This document shows, one piece after another, positions 55,138-64,000 of a DNA stretch of 64,000 nt. Source of the stretch: Meyerozyma guilliermondii (lineage: Eukaryota); NCBI GenBank assembly GCA_051546255.1, contig CP128816.1, positions 310,001 to 374,000 of the forward strand, written 5' to 3'. The notes beneath the pieces were generated by a model. The model was not told where the DNA came from and ran no database searches. It was given only the letters and a program-made list of their open reading frames with translations. Position 1 is the stretch's first letter. Each line of letters begins with the position of its first letter. Made by a program: the position numbers and the translations under genes.

Positions 55138-56764
55138 TTAGTCAAACAAGCTTTGGTACCACGATGATATGCCTTCTGCCATTTGGTGAAACCTATCGAC
55201 AAGTCCACTGAACGACAGCTCATCGCTATCATCGTAATAGCTAAAATAACCTTGATCGGCGTCGTCTTCATACGTACCGTTTGTGTATGGTTCAATTCCA
55301 TGCATAATATCGGCTATCTGCATCACTTCCATCACAGGCTTATAAACCTCACCTGTATGGTCGGTGACCACAAACCGTGAAACGAGCTTGTCCCTTGTCA
55401 ATGGCACATATTTTCCTGGTGTAACATACACTTTCTTGGACACTTCAAAAACTGGCGGTGGGAGCCCACGACTGATGTCTAAGGATTGATAGCTGTCTTG
55501 ACATTGGAGCTGAGTGAACCTTGACCTTCCCTTTGCTTTCAAGTTGGTTTCCTTTGCATTCAAACGCATAGCCTTGTGGATGAATTCCGTATCAATTGGC
55601 GGAAGAGTTTCAAACTGCCTCTTGAGCGCAAAGAAATCTGGTAACAACTTGACGTTTCCATTTATGTCGAGTTCAACGAGACCATAGTTGTTGGGCTCCT
55701 GAGTGAACTCATAAACAAGCCCACCGCTAAAAACTCCAAGCATACTAGTCGAGTAGATTGCCTGAACCTCGTCAAATCTTCGAGGCAATACCTCGTTGCA
55801 ACCGTACCTGATGTTAGTATTTTGGGCTTGCATCTTGTTATGTTTGCAACTTACTCAGATAAAAATAACGGCTTTGTATAGCTGCTATAATCGTGGACGA
55901 GAGTGTCGTATCCACTCGTCTTAAAGGTCTGAACCCCACACCATTGGTAAGAGTTGACACCATAAAAATCAATAGAATCCAATGGGGATTCACTTGCACA
56001 TTCAAGGTATTGAGACAATGGCATCCGGAACTCCATGTCATCAGCTGCTGAGTACCCAACTGGTATATGTCTAAGCGCGTTCTGCTCAAGGTACATCTTG
56101 ATATCCTTGACCACGGCTTTGACATAGACAGGTGAATTCTGCGTTAGTACTGTACTGTTCTTATGGAGTTGATATACTTACCGTTGCAGATATCTTGTCG
56201 TTGATGATCTCGTTTCCAGCGAAAAATCCTAGGGTATTGTTGTACAGAGAAAACTGCTCAACCACTCTGAGCACGTTTTTCAAATAGTCATAGGTGTAAG
56301 TCGACCATGGCTCATAGCGATTAAGATGATGACCCTGCAAAGGCGAATTGACATCCAAAACTAGGTAGATACCTGCTGCCGCTAACATTGACATGCAAAC
56401 GTCATGGTCCAAGTTTGGATGTACAGAGTAAACTCGAATGGTCTGTGTTAGCAAAACTCAAAATCCCTCCTTGTGATACTTACATTAATTCCCAATTCCT
56501 GAAACAAGGGGATGTCCCTGGCACACTCCTCTGGACTGGATAACGGATCCTTATGAACTGTTACACTAGATGCTCCTCCTGGTTGGTAATCTATACCCTT
56601 GATCACAAACTGTGTTAGAATAATTTGCAACAATTGAAGAAAATACATACCGGCTCCTTGGTGATTGAATCTATAAAGAAACGACCATGGACCTCAATTG
56701 GGTTGACGCTGGCACTGACACCCGCAAGGAATGCACTCCATTTGGCTAACGCTTGTAATAACAT
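55138..56764 (-). CDS. GAS4: GH72 1,3-beta-glucanosyltransferase, Gas4/Phr3-like; exons 56764-56651, 56609-56484, 56442-56182, 56138-55855, 55807-55138
   Basis: Signal peptide; FVIKGIDYQPGG, GIN|TIRVY, FAGNE and SE|YGCN catalytic motifs, SGGLVYEF rebuilt in frame across four introns (41, 41, 43, 47 nt); family certain, paralogue assignment less so. Confidence 0.8.
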
Positions 56765-56830
56765 TATTAGCTATGTGGACTAAATGTATATCAAGTGGTT
56801 CACAAATGGCTGCAAATTTGCGAGTTTGGG

Positions 56831-56838
56831 TTTGTGTC
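56831..56838 (-). promoter_or_regulatory. MSE-type site GACACAAA upstream of GAS4-like gene
   Basis: Plus strand TTTGTGTC about 70 nt before the ATG; second CACAAAT at 56801-56807. Confidence 0.5.
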
Positions 56839-56893
56839 AGATATCATAAATAATAATGCTATACAAGAAATATACGTTATAGGCATGTCTCGG

Positions 56894-59806
56894 TCACACA
56901 AGGACACTCTTTTTCACATTCACAAGACCCTGATCTAGGTTGGCCCATGTCACATAGTTTGGTGAATAATGCAAGAGCTCAGTATAGGCGGGTATTCTAT
57001 CAACGATCTTTCCTTTTTCGGCTATCTGACCAATCTCGGCCCAGTAGCAGTCAACTGATACTTTTAGCGTAGGCTGAGTATCAGAATCGTCCAAGCTAGC
57101 CACCCATTCAACCCCTATACGATATGGGCGATTCCAGTCGAGTTTATTCAATTTGAGGTCGGAAATGCCGGTCATATTCTTGTAAACAAAGTTTCCGTAG
57201 TCATCCTGTGAGAAGCCTTCTGGAGCTTTCATTGCGTTCACCTTATTACTATTCTTTAGGTCGTTTTTGTAGACAACCACAGTTTTAACCACACCGCTCA
57301 GACGCTTACCACCTGTATCTTCGCGAAATGAAAGACGACATTCTCGATTCTTTTCTGCTCTAATCTCGAACTTTCCACTCAACATACCAAAAGGATAATT
57401 GATACTAGACGAAGAATTGCTGAGAACTTTGACCAGCAAGAGATCCTGAGCGTTTTTCGTACCGGGAGCAAGGTGTGGATTCAAGCCCTCATAATTGCAG
57501 ATCGTCATTCCATCTGCCTTTGCATTGCACACTACTTCAGTTTCGGATTCTTTGACGGACGGTAAGTCCCTAAGTATTTCGGCAATTGAAGAATTGGCTC
57601 TACCAGAGGCACTGACAAGGTTTGATTTTGGAGAGTTGTCCAAATCAATTGTTTGAAGGAATCTGAGCTTCAATGGGTTAGCTTCAGTGAATGGCTCGCT
57701 AATTACAATAGCCCCTAAGCCATAAACGAAAAGGAAGATGGTCACCAAGAACACAATGCGATTCACCTTGAAGATGAAGGGAAGATAAGGAACAGCAACA
57801 ACGACAGCCAAGAGTTTGAGGGCTCTGAACACCAAATACTCACTGGTAGCTGATTCTTGCAAAGTCTTCTTTAAGCCTTCAAGTATTAACCATCCATAGT
57901 TATACAGCAAGAAGGAAGATATGGGAACAATGAAGAGAAACTGGATTGACCAGTCGTAACTGTAATGCTTCGTTGGGGGTGGGGACTCAATAACGTTTAC
58001 CAGAATTGCTGATGAGGCTGAGGACAGGATGTGACCCTCCTGCTCAACATGGGCACCATAGCCTTCTTCAACCGCATGCTCAAGCAATGGCTCGAGCTCT
58101 TGGTTGTTCGTGTGTACAGTCCGAGACCTTTTGAAGAGCCAACAGAGTAAGCCAAAAACACCTCCCGCTGCCTGCAAGATATAGAGAAGCGTCAACAAGA
58201 ATTCACCTGAATGTTCGCCATTGAATTGCAGCTTAGCAATGTTAGCCGTAGACCAAATAAGAGATACCCAGAACATGAAACTTATTTGTAGTATAACCAC
58301 TAGCTTTTCATCGTGACGTGTGCCCTTGAACTTCCAGAACAACAAATTAATTCCATTCAAAAGCAAGTAATTGGCAAGTACAAAGAAGGAAAAGTAAGTT
58401 AATGCAATGATGCCTGCGGAGGAGTTTGGAAGGAAATTGTTGACTGAAACCACAAACCAGGAGCTGAAGTTGTCCAATAAAAAGATGGAAAGAATGAACG
58501 AAAGTGGGAATTTGAAAAATGTAACCAATGATACCGACCATTTGCGATGTGCAAAAATTAGTGCGAGCAGGATAAGACTGACAAGTGGCACTAAGACCAT
58601 CAATAAGACGTTGACTCCAAAAACAAACGTCATTGGCACCACGAAGAAATAATTAAAGATTGAGGTAAATGCGGCAGCTTCTTTTTGTTTCGCTTCAACA
58701 TCGAGGTCAATTTCACCACCAACTACTCCATTAGTGAAGTCAATTGTACTCGAAAGCATATGCCATAAAGACTTCTTGTTGACGTTTGCAATATTATCCT
58801 TTGCTGTATGGTACATATCTCTTGGACGGAAAAAAGCCAAGTCCAAACCACGAAGATGTCCAAGCTCAGCATAGTACTTGTAGTCAGTTTCACTATGAAC
58901 CAAACGAGCACTGAAAGCTTGTTGGAAAAGCGAGCTGGCGTAAGGGAACCTCACATTCTTGAAGTACTTGGCAAAACCATAATCCGTACCTCTGAACAAA
59001 ATAGCCTTGCCTCCAGCACCAGTTCCCTCTAAGTTCAAAAAGTACTTGATCTGCTTGAACCAAGGATGAGAGAGAAATGCCAAGGCACCATACAACCCGA
59101 ATTCCTCGTTGTTGTTGAAATTGATGATGATTGTACGGGCAGGTTGCGAAGTCTGTTTTGCTGAAAAGTAATTGAGAATACCAATGAGCGACGCAATGCC
59201 CATTCCGTCGTCAGTGACACCAAAGCTCGAAGGTACCGAGTCATAGTGAGCACTAAGGAGCAATGCGGGAAGTTCTGGATCGCTTCCATTGATGCGTACA
59301 ATCAAGTTGTTGCTTTCGTAGTAAGTCACTGTAGATGGAGCAGTTTGGCGTAAGAAACTATGGGTATTATTGAGGTCATTGTCGTATTCCATGTACGATT
59401 TCTTGTCCACAAGGAAGCCAATTATATCTTCAAGGTAATCATGAACCCTGTCATTTGCTTCCGAAGCGTAGGTGTGTTCATCTCTCGCAATCTCCTGAAG
59501 AACGTCCCAAGAATGGTCTAGTATTTTCAGTTCAGACTTGTCTGTGGGAAGACTCACGGAGAACTCCAAGCTGCTGTCGTAATAAGAGAGCAAAACAGTG
59601 GCTATAACGGAAAGAAACACTAGAATAGTCAACGAAGTTTTGCGATAACCAAACAGGGCTCTCATCGCCCGGACAAAAAAGTTGGCATTTTCACAAGATT
59701 CCGGACTTTTCCGGTGATATGGCTCATCATTGGGGACCCTATTACTACCATCTGCCATCTCGTGGGACCCTCTGGTAGCAGAGGAGTTCAGGTCTGCTGT
59801 GGTCAT
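56894..59806 (-). CDS. PFF1: Vacuolar membrane M28 metalloprotease (Pff1/ERMP1-like)
   Basis: LLSAHYDSVP, GVTDDGMG, NNNEEFGL, FLNLEGTGAGG, SETDY, YHTAKD, followed by multi-TM region; ATG 59806. Confidence 0.9.
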   Translation of the reverse strand: MTTADLNSSATRGSHEMADGSNRVPNDEPYHRKSPESCENANFFVRAMRALFGYRKTSLTILVFLSVIATVLLSYYDSSLEFSVSLPTDKSELKILDHSWDVLQEIARDEHTYASEANDRVHDYLEDIIGFLVDKKSYMEYDNDLNNTHSFLRQTAPSTVTYYESNNLIVRINGSDPELPALLLSAHYDSVPSSFGVTDDGMGIASLIGILNYFSAKQTSQPARTIIINFNNNEEFGLYGALAFLSHPWFKQIKYFLNLEGTGAGGKAILFRGTDYGFAKYFKNVRFPYASSLFQQAFSARLVHSETDYKYYAELGHLRGLDLAFFRPRDMYHTAKDNIANVNKKSLWHMLSSTIDFTNGVVGGEIDLDVEAKQKEAAAFTSIFNYFFVVPMTFVFGVNVLLMVLVPLVSLILLALIFAHRKWSVSLVTFFKFPLSFILSIFLLDNFSSWFVVSVNNFLPNSSAGIIALTYFSFFVLANYLLLNGINLLFWKFKGTRHDEKLVVILQISFMFWVSLIWSTANIAKLQFNGEHSGEFLLTLLYILQAAGGVFGLLCWLFKRSRTVHTNNQELEPLLEHAVEEGYGAHVEQEGHILSSASSAILVNVIESPPPTKHYSYDWSIQFLFIVPISSFLLYNYGWLILEGLKKTLQESATSEYLVFRALKLLAVVVAVPYLPFIFKVNRIVFLVTIFLFVYGLGAIVISEPFTEANPLKLRFLQTIDLDNSPKSNLVSASGRANSSIAEILRDLPSVKESETEVVCNAKADGMTICNYEGLNPHLAPGTKNAQDLLLVKVLSNSSSSINYPFGMLSGKFEIRAEKNRECRLSFREDTGGKRLSGVVKTVVVYKNDLKNSNKVNAMKAPEGFSQDDYGNFVYKNMTGISDLKLNKLDWNRPYRIGVEWVASLDDSDTQPTLKVSVDCYWAEIGQIAEKGKIVDRIPAYTELLHYSPNYVTWANLDQGLVNVKKSVLV

Positions 59807-60265
59807 GGATATAAAGAAGAGTAAATTGAGGGAAGGCTGGAGAGGCTGGTAGAGTGCGCAGTTTAGATGCAGGAAGACAGCAGAGGAAGATAAGATAGAG
59901 GAGGTTAATAGGTCATAAAGTGAATAAACGACGTGGAAATTGAAGAGGGACAAGCATAGAAATTCAATTACCCATACTGAAGGAATTTCGCAAATTAAAA
60001 TTTTATAGCTCAAACAATAAACGACTACTAGCTCTTACCTTTTTTACCAACTATTCAACGGCTATCAATAGTAAAGAAAGCCGGTTCTATTACGGAATTA
60101 TATCTTATGAAAACTCAATTGCAATTGTAGACTTCGAAATAATTAAACTTAATCCGCTGAAATACCGCTTTCCACTAGCATTTCCACCTTCAGCTTCACC
60201 GAGACTCGGTCGTGCATGGCGATTTCCTGGGGTAGAACGCACTTTTTCACGTTCATCAGGTAAAA

Positions 60266-61396
60266 ATGACATTTGCTCCGTTGAAGAATGACCTCCTTTT
60301 GAGAGCCGCCAGGGGCGAAAAAGTCGAAAGACCACCCATTTGGATCATGGTGAGTATTATGGTACCATCAATTTGAATTTTTGTCTAACATCAGAGACAA
60401 GCTGGAAGATACCTTCCTGAATACCATGAAGTCAAGGGAAAAAGAGACTTTTTTGAAACATGTAGAGACGCCGAGATTGCTTCGGAGATCACCATACAAC
60501 CAGTAGACCATTTTGATGGCTTAATTGATGCAGCTATAATTTTCAGTGATATTCTCGTGATTCCTCAGGCTATGGGTTTCGACATTGAAATGGTCGAAGG
60601 AAAAGGACCGGTATTTACGGACCCATTGAGATCACCCGAAGACATTAAAAAAGTCAACTTGAAGCCTGATGTGTTAAAGTCGTTAGACTGGGCATTCAAG
60701 GCCATCACTTTGACCAGAAAAAAGTTGAACGGAAGAGTACCGTTGCTCGGTTTTGTGGGAGCTCCATGGACATTATTGGTGTACATGACCGAGGGACAAG
60801 GGTCCAAGATGTTCAGATACGCCAAGCAATGGATATACGAATACACCGAGGAAGCACACCAACTTTTACAGGCCACAACTGACGCTTGTATCGAGTTTTT
60901 GGCCCAACAAGTTGTTGCTGGAGCCCAAATGTTGCAAGTTTTCGAATCATGGGCTGGAGAACTTGGTCCTCACGAATTCAACGAGTTCTGTTTACCATAT
61001 TTGCGTCAAATTTCTGCCAAATTACCTGCTAGACTCCGTGAGTTGGGCGTAACTGACGACATTCCTCTTACCGTTTTTGCCAAGGGAGCCTGGTACGCCT
61101 TGGACGATTTGTGTGATCTGGGCTACAATTGTGTTTCTCTCGACTGGCTCTACAAGCCTGAAGATGCAGTAAAGGTAGTCAATGGCAGAAGAATTACGTT
61201 GCAAGGAAACTTGGACCCAGGTATTATGTATGGGTCAAACGAGGTAATTTCTCAAAAAACCAAACAGATGATCGAGGGTTTTGGGGGCGGAAAGCAAAAC
61301 TACATTATCAATTTTGGACATGGAACCCACCCCTTCATGAAGCCCGAGAAAGTTGAACACTTTTTGAAGGAGTGCCATCGCTACGGCAGCGCTTAG
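60266..61396 (+). CDS. HEM12: Uroporphyrinogen decarboxylase; exons 60266-60349 and 60395-61396, 45-nt intron
   Basis: [16 protein letters not shown] restored by intron GTGAGT...TCTAACATCAG; LQGNLDP, NFGHG. Confidence 0.97.
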
Positions 61397-61587
61397 AACA
61401 CCGATAATATCTATGTAAATAATTCATTGTTATAAGTTGGTAATTCAACGTATAAAGTAGCCTTAAACTTATATACTGAATAGCTTGTACCTGCTCTTCG
61501 TTTCTGCATTTCTGTCTTCATTTTTCACTATTTGCAGCTGCTCACTATGAGTCAAATTCTTGATTCGCGAACATTATAAAATAGAAA

Positions 61588-63414
61588 ATGCCAAATTGCT
61601 TGCCACTAATGACCGATTTATACACATATGACATACCCAAGCAGACTTTGGACCTGCTAGAGCTCATGGTTTTTGACTCGTGGATGGCAGAAGTGCCAGT
61701 AGCACAAGAAAGCAAAGAGAATCATCCTCCAAAAGAAAAAGAGAACGACAAGAATCGATGTCAAAAATGTAATATTCTACTTATTGGCTCCGATGCTGAG
61801 CGGAGAAACCATTATAAAGGCGATTTCCACAGATATAACTTGAAAAGAGGTACAGAGGGCTTGCCGCCACTTTCTGAAGAGGAATTCGAAAATATACTAG
61901 AGCAAGGCTCGATGGAAAGTATATCAGGATCTGATAGCGATAGTGATTACGACTCACAATTCGAAAAAAGCAAATCCCCTACGCCTAAATTGACTGACAT
62001 GGTCGAAAAGCTTGGCCTCGATAACATGGAGACCTCTTCAGTAAGTCACTTGAACACAAGGTCACCATATATTTATTTCAAGTCCCATCAATTGCCCCAA
62101 GATAAAGTCTATGCTGTATACAAGGCATTGTTCAGCGATAAGGACTTGACTGAGGATCCGAAAGAAGCATTAAAACGGTGGTCTAGTCCTCCGTATAAAA
62201 ACGGAAAATCAGCACTTTTGATGATTGGTGGTGGTCACTTTGCTGGAGCAATTGTCTCTCATACTCGTAAAAGTGTCCACGGAAATGCCCCAAACAGCAA
62301 GATTTCGAAAGAAGAACAAGCGGTAGAACTTTTGGCAAACAAGTCGTTTCACAGATACACTACAAGACGGAAACAAGGTGGCTCTCAAAGTGCTAGCGAT
62401 AACGCACGGGGCAAGGCAAATTCAGCAGGTTCCAGTATCAGACGATACAACGAGCAGGCATTGATTCAGGAAGTCAGAGCACTACTCACAAGCTGGCGAG
62501 GTATGCTTCAAGAATGTGATAATATTTTCATCAGAGCCAACGGTGCTTCCACAAGAGGCATTTTGGTCGGATACGAAGGTGCACCTTTAAAGTCCAGTGA
62601 TCCACGAATCCACAGCTTTCCATTCACCACTAAGCGTGCCACAACTTCAGAGCTCAAAAATGCATGGGCGAAACTCACAACCATATCAATTCAAGACGTT
62701 CCCAAGTCCGACGAGAGGAGCCGCCAAAGACTTCAACAGCAATTAGACAGCCTCTCAAAATCAACCACAAAAACCACGAAGGTTCGCGAAGAAGAGTCCA
62801 AAGAAGTGCAGTCGACCAATGAAATTATCAGTCTACTCAAACGTTCGAAAGCACCTCTTTTGATCAGCTATTTGAAAAAGAACAGTATACTGCCCAATTT
62901 CGAACTTGAACCCAAAGCAAACTTCAAGCATTATCCCACACCATTGCATTATGCTTCCGCACATGGCTATACGCACATGATCCAGGTATTATTGGTGACT
63001 TTAAAAGCAGACCCAACTATCGTCAATGAATTTGGAAAGAACCCAGCTGATCTTTCTGCGAACGCATCCACCAGAAGAGCTTTTCAAATCGCCAGAAACA
63101 GTCTTGGAGAGAGCTATTGCGACTGGAAGAACGCCAGTGTTGGCAGCCCCATGTCTAGAGAGGATGTAGCCAAGGAGGAAGCCGCAGAAGAAATGAAACA
63201 AAAAACTGAAAAAAGGCAGCTACTTGAGGAAAGCTTAGCAAAAAAGACTGAATTAGAGATGAAAAAACCCTCGATCCAATCGAATGGAACCGTTGGAGGC
63301 AGCAAAATATTGACGGCTGCTGCCGACTTGAATGCTTTGACTCCTGAGCAAAAGATGAGAGTCATGAGAGAACAAAGGGCTCGAGCTGCTGAAGCCAGGT
63401 TAAAGGGAAAATAA
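61588..63414 (+). CDS. VMS1: Vms1/ANKZF1 ribosome quality-control factor (C2H2-like, VLRF1, ankyrin); start may be 61609
   Basis: CQKC...HYKGDFHRYNLKR, GGGHFAG, FHRYTTRRKQGGSQS, SAGSSIRRYNE, TPLHYAS, C-terminal REQRARAAEAR. Confidence 0.92.
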   Translation: MPNCLPLMTDLYTYDIPKQTLDLLELMVFDSWMAEVPVAQESKENHPPKEKENDKNRCQKCNILLIGSDAERRNHYKGDFHRYNLKRGTEGLPPLSEEEFENILEQGSMESISGSDSDSDYDSQFEKSKSPTPKLTDMVEKLGLDNMETSSVSHLNTRSPYIYFKSHQLPQDKVYAVYKALFSDKDLTEDPKEALKRWSSPPYKNGKSALLMIGGGHFAGAIVSHTRKSVHGNAPNSKISKEEQAVELLANKSFHRYTTRRKQGGSQSASDNARGKANSAGSSIRRYNEQALIQEVRALLTSWRGMLQECDNIFIRANGASTRGILVGYEGAPLKSSDPRIHSFPFTTKRATTSELKNAWAKLTTISIQDVPKSDERSRQRLQQQLDSLSKSTTKTTKVREEESKEVQSTNEIISLLKRSKAPLLISYLKKNSILPNFELEPKANFKHYPTPLHYASAHGYTHMIQVLLVTLKADPTIVNEFGKNPADLSANASTRRAFQIARNSLGESYCDWKNASVGSPMSREDVAKEEAAEEMKQKTEKRQLLEESLAKKTELEMKKPSIQSNGTVGGSKILTAAADLNALTPEQKMRVMREQRARAAEARLKGK

Positions 63415-63456
63415 AGGGAATGGTTAACATCACATAGAGCACAGCAATATATTGGT

Positions 63457-64000
63457 TCAGGCCTCAACTTCTTTCATACCCGACGTCTTTGTCATCACAA
63501 ACGTTATAGGTGATGGAATTCCCTTCTTCTTCATGTTATTTACAATTTCGTTGACCGCTTCATCTTCGCAAAAATGGCCCTCCTTCACATCAAAGTGTCT
63601 GTAATCCTGCAACGCTCTTCGCATATTGTCTTTTCGAGCCTTTGGACGTTTGTCTTCCTGTTTAAAGTCTAGTGCTGAAATGTATCCCAATTGACTAGAT
63701 GTTAAGTCTTCCAGTGAATTCTCGCTCAGGTCTTCTAAAGGCACTTCTGCAAGTTCACCATCTCCTCCACATTCACATTCAAGTAAGTCATGCGTACTGC
63801 TTGATGTTTCGGAAACTGAAAAGAGATCCTTAAGATCGTCCGAATCGAATACGTCAGTTTTGGAGTCAACCTTATTATCCAAAAACTTGTCGCTCAAATT
63901 GTTTTTCATCAATTGCCTTTGAAAAATCTTTTCGTCAATGCATCCAGTGGTTAAAAGCCGGTAAATGAAAACCGGACGCTTTTGTCCATCTCGATGAATT
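63457..64000 (-). CDS. RDH54: C-terminal part of Rad54-family translocase Rdh54/Tid1, 5' truncated by window
   Basis: IHRDGQKRPVFIYRLLTTGCIDEKIFQRQLMKNNLS, DLKDLF, THDLLECEC. Confidence 0.85.
   Translation of the reverse strand, partial: IHRDGQKRPVFIYRLLTTGCIDEKIFQRQLMKNNLSDKFLDNKVDSKTDVFDSDDLKDLFSVSETSSSTHDLLECECGGDGELAEVPLEDLSENSLEDLTSSQLGYISALDFKQEDKRPKARKDNMRRALQDYRHFDVKEGHFCEDEAVNEIVNNMKKKGIPSPITFVMTKTSGMKEVEA

Noticed and set aside
59807..60013. 69-codon N-terminal extension of PFF1 in the ORF track
   Set aside because: Begins at a non-ATG codon in a eukaryote; the first ATG is at 59806

Overview
Gene-dense eukaryotic DNA from a budding yeast of the CUG-Ser (CTG) clade. Conserved Ser positions are encoded by CTG, intergenic gaps are very short, and the gene content is Saccharomycotina housekeeping. 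It looks Meyerozyma/Debaryomyces-like, but the species cannot be established from the window. I call 40 protein genes, two cut by the window ends, plus one intron-containing tRNA-Tyr. Gene names come from recalled motif and sequence similarity, not database searches. Seven genes are spliced and were rebuilt by hand because the ORF track mis-starts or fragments them (SPC2, NHA1, SUB2, ATP2, STE24, a 4-intron GAS4-like gene, HEM12). No transposon, CRISPR or prokaryotic element was seen. The strongest leads are: (1) a 374-nt SUB2 intron with a non-consensus GTTCGT donor and a long stem joining its two ends, a candidate autoregulatory RNA element; (2) bimodal intron architecture, with 41-48-nt micro-introns versus three long introns that appear to fold back, all with the branch point 1-2 nt from YAG; (3) a T5orf172/GIY-YIG-like gene whose Zn-finger-like N-terminus has no in-frame ATG; (4) a CHAP-like Cys/His/EQN domain on the AIM3-like protein; (5) a secreted SurE-fold protein with a degenerate active site; (6) Ndt80-type sites before two sporulation genes, with an Mcm1-type site before one of them.
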